A DNA stretch of 64,000 bases from Verrucomicrobiota bacterium (GTDB lineage Bacteria > Verrucomicrobiota > Verrucomicrobiia > Opitutales > Coraliomargaritaceae), in the NCBI GenBank assembly GCA_039815375.1, contig JBCBZJ010000007.1:32001-96000 (forward strand). The letters run 5' to 3'. Under the pieces are notes generated by a model. The model did not search any database. It worked only from the letters and a program-made list of their open reading frames with translations, and was not told where the DNA came from. The position numbers and the translations under genes were made by a program. Position 1 is the stretch's first letter; every line of letters begins with the position of its first letter. Below, one piece after another: positions 50,575-62,320 of the stretch.

Positions 50575-53500
50575 TTGAAACACATTCCACAGCCGACCTA
50601 TTCCGGAGAACTCCCGATACATCAACGTCGTGAAGAGATTATACGCACCCTTATGGAAAATCAGGTGGTGGTCATTGCGGGTGAAACCGGATCCGGTAAG
50701 ACGACTCAGATTCCCAAATTTTTACTTGAATGCGGGCTGGGCCAAAGAGGCTGGATCGGTTGCACACAACCACGCCGGGTCGCTGCCTTATCGGTTGCCC
50801 AACGTATCGCCGAAGAATTGAAAGTGAAGTATGGTGCGGAGGTGGGTGCCAAAATACGATTCACCGATGAAACCCAGAAGAACACTGTTCTCAAAGTAAT
50901 GACCGATGGCATCCTGCTGAACGAGCTGCAGGACGATCCAGAGCTCCGCGGTTACGAAGCCATCCTGATCGATGAAGCTCACGAGCGCAGCCTCAACATT
51001 GATTTCATTCTCGGCTGTCTGCGAAATCTGGCAAAAAGGCGTAAAGACCTGAAAATTGTCATCACCTCCGCGACGATCGACACGGAGAGCTTTTCAAAGG
51101 CCTTTGATGGTGCACCGATCATTGAAGTGTCCGGCCGAATGTATCCTGTCGATACGATCTATCGCCCTATCGAAGAAGTTGCGCAAGGTCAGAAGGATTT
51201 CGATTATATCGATGCGGCTTCTGATGTCATTAATGATATTTTATCAGGAAACCGGGAAGGCGATATTCTAGCCTTCATGCCTGGAGAACGTGATATCCAC
51301 GAGCTGCGTAGACTCCTCGAGGAAAGTCCCGCCCGTCAGTGTGATTTACTCCCACTTTACGGCCGGCTTGCCAATGCGGATCAGCAACGAATCTTTCACC
51401 AAGGCAGTAAAAGACGCATTATTCTGTCGACCAATATTGCCGAAACTTCTCTGACGGTCCCTGGTATCCGCTACGTCGTAGACACGGGACTCGCACGAAT
51501 AAGCCGGTATAGCCCACACTCCAGAACGCTGCGCCTGCCGATCGAACCAATCGCACAATCCAGCGCTGACCAACGTAAAGGACGTTGTGGACGAGTGAGT
51601 AACGGTATATGCTATCGCTTGTATTCTGAACAGGACTACAATACTCGCCCACGATTCAATACGCCGGAGATTCATCGCTCCAATCTGGCATCGGTCATCC
51701 TCCGTATGATGGCTTTCAAGCTAGGAGAGATTCGCAGCTTTCCCTTTATCGATCCACCGGCAGAAAATTCGATTGTAGGCGGCTATCGCCTGCTTGCAGA
51801 ACTCGGCGCAGTCACTCAGGACGAGGAAATTTCGGACTGCGACGCCTATCGGCTTACCAGGCTCGGTCGACGCCTTTCACATTTGCCGGTAGACCCGACA
51901 GTTGCCCGTATACTGCTTGAAGCAAAGCAACAAGGCTGCCTGGACGAAGTCCTTGTTGTCGCGTCAGGACTCTCGATTCAGGACCCTCGAGAACGGCCTA
52001 CAGATTTTGCCAAAGAAGCAGATGAAATGCACAAGCGTTTTGTTCATCCCGAGTCGGACTTTCTCACTCTATTGAACATTTGGGACGAGTTTCACGATAA
52101 GTTGGATGAGCTCAGCCAGAGCAAACTGCGGAAGTTCTGCAAGGCACACTACCTCTCCTACCAGCGAATGCGTGAATGGAGAGATATTCATCACCAGATC
52201 GAACGTATTTTACGTGAGCGGGAGAAGCACCAGAACAAACTTAAACCGTTTAATGCAAGAACTGATGTCGGATACGCAGCCATCCATAAATCAATTTTAT
52301 CAGGTCTGCTAAGTAACATCGCCTTTAAGGAGGAGGAACACAACTACCGAGGCCCACGGAACCGCAAGGCAATGCTGTTTCCCGGTTCCAGCCTCTTCGA
52401 TCATGAGGCAGCCAAGAAACAACGGAAGGCCAGCTACGCCAGCAAAACCAAACTAAAACCAGCAAAGACCAGTGCACCTGACTGGATCGTTTGCGGCGAG
52501 TGGATGGAAACTACGCGGCTCTATGCCCGAAACGCAGCAAGGATTGAAGCCAAGTGGATCGAAGAAGTTGCAGGCGAGCTGTTGAGCATCCGACACAGTG
52601 AACCCTTTTGGAGCACAAAGTCTGCAGCCGCTTTATGCAAAGAACGTAAGCTGCTCTTCGGTCTGGAGATTGCTCGCGCCAATGTCAGCTATAGCAATGT
52701 CGACCCCGACGAAGCGACTGATCTTTTCGTGCGTCATGGTTTGGTTGAGGGCGGCATCAAGGAGCGTCCAAAGTTTTTCACACATAACGAAGCACTCTGC
52801 AAAGAGGCAGAGTCGGAAATGGCACGTCGCCAGCTTGGATCGGCACAGCTCGTTGAAGACACACTTTTCACATTCTACCGAAGGCAGGTCTCGGCTGTTG
52901 GCTCCTATGCAGAACTACGCCGATTCGCCAAAGCAGAACATGGCGGTTCGTTGGATTTTCTCGAAGCTCAAATTCAGGATCTACTTCCTTCGAATCGCGA
53001 AATCAGCGAAGAAGCTTTCCCGAAGAGCATTGAGCTCGGCGGTAATCAAATTCCTTTGAACTATCGTAACGAGCCCGGAAACGAAGCTGATGGTGTGACT
53101 TTGCGAGTTCCGCTCTCGCAGTTTGGAGCAATCCAGCAGGGTGTTCTGGATTGGGCGATCCCCGGCCATCTCGAAGCGAAAATTGAAAGCCATCTTCGCG
53201 GGCTCCCGAAGGAGCTCCGGGTCAAACTACATCCGTTAAAAGAACGTGCAGCTGAATTGAGAAAGATAGTTCAGCCCTCAGAACGCCCACTCAGTGAGCA
53301 ACTCACAGATCTTCTTAAGAGAGAATATAATGTTCAAACCTATCGTGATCAGTGGAATGCGGATCTGCCGAAAAACCTGAAACCGCGTATCCAAATTGAG
53401 AATACGAAAGGTGAAGCTCTTGCTGAAGGGCGCGATCTTGAGAGCCTGAAAAAGCGACTCGACGCCAAAGGTAAATCTGCAAGCGCTGGTGAAGGACTTG

Positions 53501-54411
53501 ACAGTATACCTGGCTGGCAGCGAGCAGCAGCAAAGTATGAACGGGAAAATCTCACAGAATGGAATTTCGGCGACCTCCCTGTGAGTATTGATCTATCCGG
53601 AGAATCCGGTCTTCCATTGACTGCTTATCCCGCACTTGTTGCGGAGAAGGATTGTATTCATCTCAAGTTGATGGTGACTCGAGAAAAAGCTTTAGAAGCT
53701 ACAAAAATAGCATGGCCCCGATTCGGCGAAATCACGATGGGGCGGGATCTTGCCTGGTTGCAACGCGACATTAAAGAGCTCAAGGCTTTGGGCACGGCAT
53801 TGCTGCCTCTTGGCGGCTACGAATCGATTAAAAGCAGCGCTTGGAACAATGTTCGCCGTCATCTTTTCGCCTGTGAGAATCAATTGCCGCTCTCTGAGTC
53901 AATATTTCGAAAGACCCTTGCCCGGGCAGAGAAGGAACGACGTGGTATCATAGGTCGCCTTTACGAGAGACTGGAGCTGGTTCTCGCCTCCCGTGAGGCG
54001 GTAGCCTTACTTTTAGAGCAAAAGAAAACCAGTCAAGCCGTCAGCTATCCCGGGATGCGTGCCCAAATGGAAACCATCGCCCCATCAAACATGCTCGATA
54101 AGTTTGATTACCATGAGCTGCCCCACCTTGCTCGATTCCTTAAAGGGATGATGATACGCGCCAAACGTGCCAGAGAGAGCATTCAGCGTGACATCGAAAA
54201 ATCGAAACGTGTGGCATCCTACGAAGGGAAACTGAAGGAGCTGGAAGAACGAAGCAAAAAGCATAGGCAAGTTCAGGCGACGAAACCTTATCTGCTACTT
54301 TTGGAAGAATTTAAGATCTCCGTTTTCGCGCAAGAGCTCGGCACGGCTCAAAAAGTCTCGGAAAAGCGGCTGGATGAATTGGCCGCAAAAATTGAGCGTT
54401 CCATACGTTAA
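50575..54411 (+). CDS. hrpA: ATP-dependent RNA helicase HrpA
   Basis: [30 protein letters not shown]2 and C-terminal DUF3418-like region. Confidence 0.95.
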   Translation: MKHIPQPTYSGELPIHQRREEIIRTLMENQVVVIAGETGSGKTTQIPKFLLECGLGQRGWIGCTQPRRVAALSVAQRIAEELKVKYGAEVGAKIRFTDETQKNTVLKVMTDGILLNELQDDPELRGYEAILIDEAHERSLNIDFILGCLRNLAKRRKDLKIVITSATIDTESFSKAFDGAPIIEVSGRMYPVDTIYRPIEEVAQGQKDFDYIDAASDVINDILSGNREGDILAFMPGERDIHELRRLLEESPARQCDLLPLYGRLANADQQRIFHQGSKRRIILSTNIAETSLTVPGIRYVVDTGLARISRYSPHSRTLRLPIEPIAQSSADQRKGRCGRVSNGICYRLYSEQDYNTRPRFNTPEIHRSNLASVILRMMAFKLGEIRSFPFIDPPAENSIVGGYRLLAELGAVTQDEEISDCDAYRLTRLGRRLSHLPVDPTVARILLEAKQQGCLDEVLVVASGLSIQDPRERPTDFAKEADEMHKRFVHPESDFLTLLNIWDEFHDKLDELSQSKLRKFCKAHYLSYQRMREWRDIHHQIERILREREKHQNKLKPFNARTDVGYAAIHKSILSGLLSNIAFKEEEHNYRGPRNRKAMLFPGSSLFDHEAAKKQRKASYASKTKLKPAKTSAPDWIVCGEWMETTRLYARNAARIEAKWIEEVAGELLSIRHSEPFWSTKSAAALCKERKLLFGLEIARANVSYSNVDPDEATDLFVRHGLVEGGIKERPKFFTHNEALCKEAESEMARRQLGSAQLVEDTLFTFYRRQVSAVGSYAELRRFAKAEHGGSLDFLEAQIQDLLPSNREISEEAFPKSIELGGNQIPLNYRNEPGNEADGVTLRVPLSQFGAIQQGVLDWAIPGHLEAKIESHLRGLPKELRVKLHPLKERAAELRKIVQPSERPLSEQLTDLLKREYNVQTYRDQWNADLPKNLKPRIQIENTKGEALAEGRDLESLKKRLDAKGKSASAGEGLDSIPGWQRAAAKYERENLTEWNFGDLPVSIDLSGESGLPLTAYPALVAEKDCIHLKLMVTREKALEATKIAWPRFGEITMGRDLAWLQRDIKELKALGTALLPLGGYESIKSSAWNNVRRHLFACENQLPLSESIFRKTLARAEKERRGIIGRLYERLELVLASREAVALLLEQKKTSQAVSYPGMRAQMETIAPSNMLDKFDYHELPHLARFLKGMMIRAKRARESIQRDIEKSKRVASYEGKLKELEERSKKHRQVQATKPYLLLLEEFKISVFAQELGTAQKVSEKRLDELAAKIERSIR

Positions 54412-54637
54412 GCATCTATCGCATGGAAAAAACCGTGAGCTTCATGGCTGCAGTATCCGGAGTATTGCTTGGGCGAGTGCCCAAGGTTTTTTGCGGAGGC
54501 TGGTGAAATTTTCGCATTGTGTTGATCGGGAAGAGATTTCCCACCTGCAAGTGAGCAGCACGCTTTTATCGTTCATCCGATAAGATCAATCCAACAGGCG
54601 CTTGCCAGTTGGAGGCAAGCGGTCTTTGTTTTTTTAA

Positions 54638-55300
54638 ATGTCGAGCCCTCACACGTCACTACTTGCTCCATCCATTCTGGCCGGAGACCATGCTAACCTT
54701 CGTTCCAGCCTTAAGGAAATTGAGAATGCAGCTCTCAAATGGGTGCATCTAGATATCATGGATGGCCATTTCGTGCCGAATTTGAGTTTTGGCCCACAGA
54801 CGATCAAAGCAATGCGCTCCGATTCGGATCTCTTTTTTGATGTGCATCTGATGCTTGATAATCCGGACAAATACATTGATGCCTTCCTCGATGCGGGTGC
54901 AGACCAAATCACGATCCATGTTGAACCAAACTATCCTGTTTCTGAAACCCTGGACTATATCAAATCCAAGGGCTGTAAGTGTGGCGTTGTTTTAAATCCC
55001 GGCACTGAGGCGGAAGCGGCCAAAATCTACCTGGAACGATGCGATATTGTGCTTTTAATGACAGTTCAGCCTGGTTTCGGCGGCCAGAGTTTTCGTGAAG
55101 ATGTCTTGCCGAAGATGAAGCAGCTTTCCGACTGGCGAGCAGAACTTGGCTTAAACTATCGTTTACAAGTCGATGGTGGTGTCGACAGGACAACAGCCCC
55201 ACTCTGCACCGCCCAAGGTGTTGATACGCTTGTAGCCGGAACTGCGTTCTTTAAAGCCGAAGATAAAGCCGAGTTCATCAAGACAGTAACTGGCGGCTAA
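54638..55300 (+). CDS. rpe: Ribulose-phosphate 3-epimerase
   Basis: APSIL, HLDIMDGHFVPN, DVHLM, PGFGGQ, VDGG. Confidence 0.97.
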   Translation: MSSPHTSLLAPSILAGDHANLRSSLKEIENAALKWVHLDIMDGHFVPNLSFGPQTIKAMRSDSDLFFDVHLMLDNPDKYIDAFLDAGADQITIHVEPNYPVSETLDYIKSKGCKCGVVLNPGTEAEAAKIYLERCDIVLLMTVQPGFGGQSFREDVLPKMKQLSDWRAELGLNYRLQVDGGVDRTTAPLCTAQGVDTLVAGTAFFKAEDKAEFIKTVTGG

Positions 55301-56088
55301 AGGAAATCGGGCATCCGGTCCTTCAAAGCAGGCAACTTTCCTCTCGTTTCTTCGACGAGGTTCAGATCAATCTCCGCACTGAGAAGGCACTCTTCCTCAT
55401 CTGCCTCGGCAACAATTCTACCCCAGGGATCAACGATCATGGAATGACCGAAATACTGCGTAGTGCCAATTTCATGTCCATGTATCTCGAATCCACATTG
55501 ATTGATCGCCAAGAAGAAGCATTGGTTCTCAATAGCCCGTGCTTGAACCAAAGTTCGCCAGTGATGCAACCTTGGCCGAGGAAATGCGGCTGGGAGAATT
55601 TGCACCCTAGCACCCAGCTCTGCGCACTTTCTGAAGAGCTCCGGAAAGCGTAGGTCGTAACAAATGCCGAAGCCGGTTTTCCCAAGATTCGTTTCGGCAA
55701 CTACGATTTGACTTCCAGACTCCATATGCTGGTCCTCCTGAAAAAGAGAAAATAAATGCAGTTTCCTGTATTGAGCTAAGAGAACTCCATCAGAATCAAT
55801 GAAATGGAGGGTATTCGCAGGCTCACCCGCTTCAGTTTTCTCAAGAAACGAACCACATATCGCCAACTTATTCACCTTTGCCATCTCTGCGATTGCCTCG
55901 AGATGCTCGTTCGAACTTTCGAGCAGATTGCGATTGGCTTTCCAGTCAAAACCAGTTGTCGCCATCTCCGGCAGGCAAACCAGCATCGACCCGGCATCCG
56001 CAGCTCGAGAAACGAATTGCTCAATCCTTTTTAGATTCGTGGCCGGATCCCCTCGCTTCACCTCATACTGCGCCAGTGATATTTTCAT
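55297..56088 (-). CDS. Carbon-nitrogen hydrolase (Nit/YafV-like amidase)
   Basis: LPEM, YRKLHLF, ICYDLRFPE (E-K-C triad), ARAIENQ. Confidence 0.92.
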   Translation of the reverse strand: MKISLAQYEVKRGDPATNLKRIEQFVSRAADAGSMLVCLPEMATTGFDWKANRNLLESSNEHLEAIAEMAKVNKLAICGSFLEKTEAGEPANTLHFIDSDGVLLAQYRKLHLFSLFQEDQHMESGSQIVVAETNLGKTGFGICYDLRFPELFRKCAELGARVQILPAAFPRPRLHHWRTLVQARAIENQCFFLAINQCGFEIHGHEIGTTQYFGHSMIVDPWGRIVAEADEEECLLSAEIDLNLVEETRGKLPALKDRMPDFL

Positions 56089-56107
56089 TTTAAAGAAGAT
56101 GCTGTTT

Positions 56108-56476
56108 TCAGGCTCTTGCGTTCAGATGTGCACGTTTCAACGCATTCTTTGAATGCAGATACCTTATGGGCTTTCGGATACAATCGTTTATCGCGAACGC
56201 AGTAACGGCGACCATAACTGTGCCAACGGCAGCGGAGCGCCAGTTAATCATAAGCAAAACATTAAACTCCTCCCATGGAATCGAGGTCCGACCACCGCAG
56301 ATGAGTATTGATTGGATCAGCGCACCCAAAAAAGGAGCTGCGTGGCTGACACGCTCGTCAAACCTGACGTCCACCAAAGCCAAGGCAATCTGTGATGCCA
56401 AGGCCGCAGCAAATATGAAGCTGACTCCAGGTCGGAGAATTTCCCTATTCATAGTCGAATGATCGTAATACGACAC
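56108..56476 (-). CDS. Possible small membrane protein
   Basis: 122-aa ORF with 2-3 hydrophobic stretches, ending 19 nt before the amidase start; no family recognised. Confidence 0.4.
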   Translation of the reverse strand: MSYYDHSTMNREILRPGVSFIFAAALASQIALALVDVRFDERVSHAAPFLGALIQSILICGGRTSIPWEEFNVLLMINWRSAAVGTVMVAVTAFAINDCIRKPIRYLHSKNALKRAHLNARA

Positions 56477-56612
56477 GACTAACCTATAAAATCAATGGTT
56501 AGTCGTCCCTAGGACATATCCAATTTCACGACCAAAAACTTCGGATTGGTTCAAAATTAAGACTTGATTCACTTTCCAGCCAGAACATCTTCTCCGTTTT
56601 CCCTGAATTTGA

Positions 56613-56693
<81 letters not shown>

Positions 56694-56747
56694 CAGGCTT
56701 CCGGTCGCCCGGAGACGAGCGGTGCGGAAACACTTTACCCATCTCTC

Positions 56748-57221
56748 ATGCGTCACATCATTTCAATCCTCGTCGAAAACAAATTCGGAGTCCTTGCCCG
56801 TATTGCTGGTCTGTTCAGCGGTCGCGGCTTTAATATTGAGACGCTGAATGTGGGTCCGATGCTTGATGACAAGTTTTCACGGATTACAGCCACGATTATT
56901 GGTGATGATGATGCACTCGATCAGGCGATCAAACAGGTTTACAAGCTCGTCAACGTGCTTGAGGTAACTGAATTTTCCAGCGGCCAAGCCACAGAGCGCG
57001 AACTTGTCATGGTTAAAGTCAAGGCCTCCGCGGGTCAGCGCTCCGAAGTCATGCAAGTCTGCGATATTTTCCGAGCCAAGATCATCGATGTTGCTCCTGA
57101 AACTGTTAACATTGAAATGACTGGTAATGCCAACAAGGTCAGAGCCTTTCTAAATCTTGTTGAGCCATACGGAATCGTTGAAATGGCCCGCACCGGCAAT
57201 GTCGCGCTGAAACGCGGATAA
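56748..57221 (+). CDS. ilvN: Acetolactate synthase small (regulatory) subunit
   Basis: MRHIISILVENKFGVLARIAGLFSGRGFNIE ACT domain, EMARTG; true start ATG 56748. Confidence 0.95.
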   Translation: MRHIISILVENKFGVLARIAGLFSGRGFNIETLNVGPMLDDKFSRITATIIGDDDALDQAIKQVYKLVNVLEVTEFSSGQATERELVMVKVKASAGQRSEVMQVCDIFRAKIIDVAPETVNIEMTGNANKVRAFLNLVEPYGIVEMARTGNVALKRG

Positions 57222-57268
57222 CGATCAAATTTTAACACTGGAAGTGATTTCCACAAACCAACAGAAAT

Positions 57269-58297
57269 ATGCCTGCTAAAGTCTATACAAACAAAGACGC
57301 CGATCTGAAAGTTCTCAAAAAGAAGACCCTTGCCATTATTGGATACGGTTCCCAGGGCCACGCTCATGCCCAGAATCTCAAGGACAGTGGCCTCAATGTG
57401 ATCATCGGCCTCTATGCCAAGAGCAAATCCGTAAAGGTTGCCAAGAAACAGGGTTTCGAAGTCTATGAAACAGCAGAAGCTGTGAAGAAGGCCGACGTCA
57501 TCATGCTTGCAGTGCCGGACATGAAGCAGCCTGAGGTTTACGAGAATGACATTCTTCCTAACCTCGAAAAAGGCAAAACTCTTGCTTTCACTCATGGTCT
57601 TGCAATCCACTTCGGCCTTATTGAAGCCCCCAAGGGTGTGGATGTCATCATGATCGCACCTAAGGGCCCCGGCCATGTTGTCCGCAGCCAGTTCCTCGAA
57701 GGCAAAGGCGTTCCTGCACTTATCGCGGTGAACAAAGGTTCGTCCCGCAACGCAAAATCCGTCGCACTCGCCTGGGCGAAGGGTGTTGGCGGCACACGTG
57801 CCGGTGTCATCCAAACTACTTTCAAGGAAGAATGCGAAACTGACCTTTTCGGTGAACAGGCTGTTCTCTGCGGTGGTGCTTCTGCACTTGTTATGGCTGG
57901 TTTCGAGACTCTTGTTGAAGCTGGTTACCAGCCTGAGATGGCATACTTCGAGTGCTTGCATGAACTCAAGCTTATCGTTGACCTAATGGTTGAATCCGGT
58001 GTTTCCGGCATGCGTTTTTCCATCTCTGAAACTGCCGAATGGGGTGATTACATTTCCGGACCACGCGTCATTAACGCTTCGTCAAAGAGAGCTATGAAAG
58101 CCATCCTCAAGGACATCCAATCCGGCAAGTTCACCAAGAACTGGGTCAAGGAATACAAGGAAGGGCTTCCAAACTACAAGCAGTTCATCGAAGACGGCCA
58201 AAACCACCAGATCGAAAAGACCGGCGAGCGTCTGCGTTCGCTTATGCCTTGGGTCAAGAAGCGTAATATCAAGGGCGCACAGGCTGCTTACAACTAG
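57269..58297 (+). CDS. ilvC: Ketol-acid reductoisomerase
   Basis: [37 protein letters not shown]. Confidence 0.98.
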   Translation: MPAKVYTNKDADLKVLKKKTLAIIGYGSQGHAHAQNLKDSGLNVIIGLYAKSKSVKVAKKQGFEVYETAEAVKKADVIMLAVPDMKQPEVYENDILPNLEKGKTLAFTHGLAIHFGLIEAPKGVDVIMIAPKGPGHVVRSQFLEGKGVPALIAVNKGSSRNAKSVALAWAKGVGGTRAGVIQTTFKEECETDLFGEQAVLCGGASALVMAGFETLVEAGYQPEMAYFECLHELKLIVDLMVESGVSGMRFSISETAEWGDYISGPRVINASSKRAMKAILKDIQSGKFTKNWVKEYKEGLPNYKQFIEDGQNHQIEKTGERLRSLMPWVKKRNIKGAQAAYN

Positions 58298-58319
58298 GCC
58301 ATTTCAACTTTGAAAATTC

Positions 58320-58358
58320 AAGCGGTCGTCGGTTTTCTACCACGACCGCTTTTCTTTT
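58320..58358 (+). terminator. Terminator-like hairpin after ilvC
   Basis: AAGCGGTCGT...ACGACCGCTT stem followed by TTCTTTT. Confidence 0.7.
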
Positions 58359-58362
58359 ATAA

Positions 58363-59217
58363 ATGTCAAAACCGATCCAAGTCGCCACAAGAAACAGTCC
58401 GCTTGCGCTCAAGCAAACGGAAATGGTCCTCATGTGGCTCGCCGAGAAACTTCCGGATGAAGCGTTTATCCCGTTAGAGCTCAGCACGAAGGTCGATGAG
58501 CGCCTGACCTGGTCACTCGAGAAGCGTGGCGGTATCGGCCTCTTTACCAAAGAGCTGGAGGAAGCCCTACTCGACCACAGAGCAAATCTTGCAGTTCATA
58601 GCGCAAAAGATCTTCCCACAACCTTTCACCATAATCTGCATATTGCAGGCTATCTACCCAGAGCAAAAGCGAACGATGTGCTCGTGCAGCGAACGGGTGG
58701 CAAGGACCTCTCGACGATCGCATCAAGCAGCCCGCGTCGGCGTGCACAGCTTGGAGAACTTCACCCCGATGCTCAATGGACCACGATTCGTGGAAATGTT
58801 GGCACGCGCTTGCGCAAAATAGCTGAAGGTCAGGCCGATGCGTCGATACTGGCCGCTGCCGGGCTCGAAAGGCTCAACATCGCTGAACACGAAGGCCTTG
58901 AATTCATCGAACTACCGATCGACAAGTGTGTGCCCGCACCCGGCCAGGCTGCTATTGCGATTCAATGCGGTGAGGCTGACCTCGAGACATACCAGGATCT
59001 ATTCTGTGAGAAGACGAAGCTCGCTGTTACATGCGAACGGGAATTTCTTCATCGTTTAGGAGGTGGTTGCCAGACACCGGTTGGTGCGCATTTTGATGGT
59101 AAAGTCTTTTATATCTACCATCCCGAGATCGGCTTCACAACCTACGAATTTGAGCTGAATGATATCTTGGATATCGACTCTATTCTACAGGCGATCTTAC
59201 ACGACCTAGAACTCTAA
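58363..59217 (+). CDS. hemC: Hydroxymethylbilane synthase
   Basis: ATRNSPLALKQ, GLFTKELE, VHSAKD, SSPRR, RGNVGTR, GGGCQTP cofactor Cys. Confidence 0.95.
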   Translation: MSKPIQVATRNSPLALKQTEMVLMWLAEKLPDEAFIPLELSTKVDERLTWSLEKRGGIGLFTKELEEALLDHRANLAVHSAKDLPTTFHHNLHIAGYLPRAKANDVLVQRTGGKDLSTIASSSPRRRAQLGELHPDAQWTTIRGNVGTRLRKIAEGQADASILAAAGLERLNIAEHEGLEFIELPIDKCVPAPGQAAIAIQCGEADLETYQDLFCEKTKLAVTCEREFLHRLGGGCQTPVGAHFDGKVFYIYHPEIGFTTYEFELNDILDIDSILQAILHDLEL

Positions 59218-60752
59218 TGGCTGAAACTGGAAAAGTTTATCTCATTGGAGCAGGCCCGGGTGACCCCGGGCTAGTCACTGTTCGTGCCCGTGAACTGATC
59301 GCTCAGGCAGACGTCATCGTTTACGACTACCTGGCCAATTCGCGGCTTCTGGATTGGGCCCGTGATGATGTGGAGCAGATCTACGTTGGAAAAAGTGCGG
59401 GGCGCCATTCGATCCCGCAGGACGAGATCGAAGAGATTCTCGTCAATCGTGCCCATAAAGGTTTGCAGGTTGTTCGGCTCAAGGGAGGCGACCCTTTTAT
59501 CTTCGGCCGTGGTGGTGAAGAAGTTGCCGAACTGGAAACCGACAGAGTTTCCTACGAGATTGTCCCGGGCGTAACAGCGGCATTAGCTGCAGCTGCCTAT
59601 ACAGGCATACCCCTCTCCCACCGCGACTATAGTTCCTCCATTACTTTTCTTACGGGCCATGAGAACCCGGAAAAGCACACACTGAGTATTGACTTTAGAG
59701 ATTACGGAAAAACCAAAGGTACACTTTGCATCTACATGGGGATTGGACAGCTTGCGCGCATTGTAGGTGAGCTAAAGGAAGGCGGTATGTCTGGTGAAAT
59801 GCCCGTCGGCATAATCGAATGGGCCACGTTGAATCGCCAGCGCTCAATCACTGCGACACTGGATACAATTGTTGAAGAGCTGGAGGCCTCCGGTCTTGGC
59901 GCACCCGCGATAGTCATTATCGGTGAAGTCGTTTCACAGCGTTCAAAGACTGAATGGTTTGAAGGCCAGCCTTTATTCGGGAAACGCATCGTCGTAACCC
60001 GCGCTCGCGAGCAGGCAGGGCAGCTTAGCCGGATGATCGAAGAAAGCGGTGCCGAAGTCATCGAATTGCCCTTTATCGAAGTGAAGCCATCTTTCGAAGA
60101 AAAACTCGTCGGCGAAGTCTTTGCCGGAATCGCCGTCTACGAATGGATTGTTTTTACAAGTGCGAATGGCGTTAAGACTTTCTTTGATCTCTTCTATAGG
60201 GCCTTCGATGACATTCGTTGCCTCGGCCCCATGCGTATTGCAGCGGTTGGCACTGCAACTGCCCGGGAAATCGAGAAGCATAAGCTCAAAGTCGACTTCC
60301 TGCCTTCCAAGGCCAATGCCAAGGTTTTAGTAGACGAACTAATCAAACAAGAAGGTATGGAAAGCGTGCAGGTTCTTGTGATCACAGGTAATCAGAATCG
60401 TGAGGAGCTGGTTACACGTCTCGAGGAAGAAGGTCGCGCAATTGTCGACACACTGCCACTCTACCAAACCAGCAAGACCGACCTTAGTGACGATCCTGCC
60501 GCAGCAAGATACAGAAAAGTCGGTGCAGATGCAGTGCTTTTCACCAGCTCATCCACGGTGAGATCATTTGTCGACCAGCAGGCGGCCCTTCAGCTTGAAG
60601 ATGGAGCTCGTCAACCCGCATTTGGTAGTATCGGTCCAATGACGACCAAGACCTTGCAAGAGTCCGATTTGCCGCTTGGTTTTGAAGCTGCTCAATCCAG
60701 TCTGGATCACTTCGTCGTCGAAGCCATTTCTTATCTCAAACATGATTCCTAG
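59217..60752 (+). CDS. cobA: Uroporphyrinogen-III C-methyltransferase / uroporphyrinogen-III synthase fusion (CobA-HemD)
   Basis: GAGPGDPGL, RLKGGDPFIFGRGGEE, then HemD domain (VTRAREQA, FTSANGV, FTSSSTV, SIGPMT). Confidence 0.95.
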   Translation: MAETGKVYLIGAGPGDPGLVTVRARELIAQADVIVYDYLANSRLLDWARDDVEQIYVGKSAGRHSIPQDEIEEILVNRAHKGLQVVRLKGGDPFIFGRGGEEVAELETDRVSYEIVPGVTAALAAAAYTGIPLSHRDYSSSITFLTGHENPEKHTLSIDFRDYGKTKGTLCIYMGIGQLARIVGELKEGGMSGEMPVGIIEWATLNRQRSITATLDTIVEELEASGLGAPAIVIIGEVVSQRSKTEWFEGQPLFGKRIVVTRAREQAGQLSRMIEESGAEVIELPFIEVKPSFEEKLVGEVFAGIAVYEWIVFTSANGVKTFFDLFYRAFDDIRCLGPMRIAAVGTATAREIEKHKLKVDFLPSKANAKVLVDELIKQEGMESVQVLVITGNQNREELVTRLEEEGRAIVDTLPLYQTSKTDLSDDPAAARYRKVGADAVLFTSSSTVRSFVDQQAALQLEDGARQPAFGSIGPMTTKTLQESDLPLGFEAAQSSLDHFVVEAISYLKHDS

Positions 60753-60822
60753 TCGCAGTCCCAGTTCTGACTCCAATCCCATAATAGAAGATTGAGATTA
60801 AGGTTAGTATTTTGATTACGAC
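60749..60822. repeat. Degenerate 6-bp periodic inverted repeat (NYARTC)n ... (GATTRN)n
   Basis: Left ctagtc|gcagtc|ccagtt|ctgact|ccaatc; right gattga|gattaa|ggttag|tatttt|gattac|gac (60790-60822). Confidence 0.55.
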
Positions 60823-60856
60823 ACCGCTAAACTGAAAACCACCACCTCTCAAGACC

Positions 60857-61324
60857 ATGAACATCATCCTCGAAACCACACAAGGTAGTATCGAATTCGA
60901 ACTTTACGAAAAGGTCGCACCTAAGACCTGCGAAAACTTCACCACGCACATTAAGAATGGATACTATAACGGCATCATCTTTCACCGTATCATTGAGGAA
61001 TTTATGATTCAAGGGGGTGACCCGACCGGTTCGGGTATGGGTGGTGAGTCCATTTGGGGCAAACCATTCGAAGACGAATGCGCACGCGACATCGCCTTCG
61101 ACAAGGCAGGTCTTCTTGCCATGGCCAATGCCGGCCCTGGTACAAATGGCAGCCAATTTTTCATCACCACCGTCCCTACCCCATGGCTGCATATGAAGCA
61201 TACCATATTCGGCGAAGTCGTTAACGGTATGGACATTGTTGAAAAGCTGGAAAAAGTCGACAAAGGTCCAGGCGACCGCCCCATCGAGGAACAGAAGATT
61301 ATCTCCGCAAAGGTTGTCGAATAA
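60857..61324 (+). CDS. Cyclophilin-type peptidyl-prolyl isomerase
   Basis: APKTCENF, FHRII..FMIQGGDP, MANAGPGTNGSQFFIT, HTIFGEV. Confidence 0.95.
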   Translation: MNIILETTQGSIEFELYEKVAPKTCENFTTHIKNGYYNGIIFHRIIEEFMIQGGDPTGSGMGGESIWGKPFEDECARDIAFDKAGLLAMANAGPGTNGSQFFITTVPTPWLHMKHTIFGEVVNGMDIVEKLEKVDKGPGDRPIEEQKIISAKVVE

Positions 61325-62078
61325 GATAAATAGAGTTCTGGCCCTTCACGGCTTTACAGGTTGCGGCGAGGACTTTGCAGGGTTCTCGCCGCTTTGCCAT
61401 AGTGTGGACGAGTGGCGTTGCCCTGATCTGCCCGGTCATGGTCCAGATCCACAACTCGACTGCACTCCGGTTGCAACTGCTCAGTTTATCGAAGCAAGGC
61501 GCAAGGACTCGAATATCCTGCTCGGCTATTCAATGGGAGCACGTGCCGCATTGCTCCACGCACTACGCGATCCTGAAAAGTGGGATGCCCTTATCCTCAT
61601 CAGTGTCAATCCTGGCATCGCTTGTCCAGCAAGCCGCATAGAACGAAAGAAAAATGACGATTTGCTGGCAGAGGAGATTGAGCAAAGTGGTGTGAGTGCG
61701 TTTTTGGATTTTTGGCAAAATACGCCGATGATTCGGAGCCAGAAAGCAATTGACCCGAACTGGGCCACCAAAATGCAGGCTGATCGATTGCGCCATATTG
61801 CAATCGGCCTCGCCAATAGTCTCCGGCAATTCGGGCAGGGTAATTTTCCAAACCTCTGGCCCAGGTTAAGTCAGCTCAAGATGCCAGTCTTGCTCATGAC
61901 GGGCTCCAGCGATAAGAAATACAGCGCAATAGCAGCCCAAATCATTGAGCAAACTCGCTCGCCGGAAGTCTTTGAGCACTTTCTTATCGACGGTTGTGGC
62001 CATATGCCACATCTGGAATCGCCGGTGGCATGTGCCGCCAAGATTGATGACTTTCTTCGCCGCCGACTCAACGGATAG
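61314..62078 (+). CDS. Alpha/beta hydrolase, MenH-like
   Basis: LHGFTG, DLPGHG, GYSMGAR, GSSDKKY, GHMPHLE; TTG start 61314 inferred. Confidence 0.8.
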   Translation: MSNKINRVLALHGFTGCGEDFAGFSPLCHSVDEWRCPDLPGHGPDPQLDCTPVATAQFIEARRKDSNILLGYSMGARAALLHALRDPEKWDALILISVNPGIACPASRIERKKNDDLLAEEIEQSGVSAFLDFWQNTPMIRSQKAIDPNWATKMQADRLRHIAIGLANSLRQFGQGNFPNLWPRLSQLKMPVLLMTGSSDKKYSAIAAQIIEQTRSPEVFEHFLIDGCGHMPHLESPVACAAKIDDFLRRRLNG

Positions 62079-62320
62079 CAATTCGGTCGGAAACTGTAAC
62101 GCTAGGTGTTATCGACGGACGCGTATACTGCTTCCTTAGTCTTGAGCGTGCCGGTGGTAGGAAGCCCAAGCCCAAATGTTCAGAGCTTACTCATCGTAGC
62201 TAACGAAATCAGTAGCACGACCACGAACGACACAGTTGGCTTAAATCATATAAACTAAGCTTTTGTAGATTTGCTTCTCAACAAACCAGGCGCGCGCAAT
62301 TCGGCGCCCGATCTATTCTT

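Noticed and set aside
57035..57961. 308-aa antisense ORF over ilvN/ilvC
   Set aside because: Shadow of strongly biased codon usage in a highly expressed gene; no protein motifs
58301..58321. atttcaa|ctttgaa|aattcaa 7-bp periodicity after ilvC
   Set aside because: Could be a fourth repeat type, but too short and AT-rich to distinguish from chance
62079..62320. Gap between convergent genes with a short hydrophobic minus-strand frame
   Set aside because: Interrupted by stops, no family recognised; cannot support a pseudogene call
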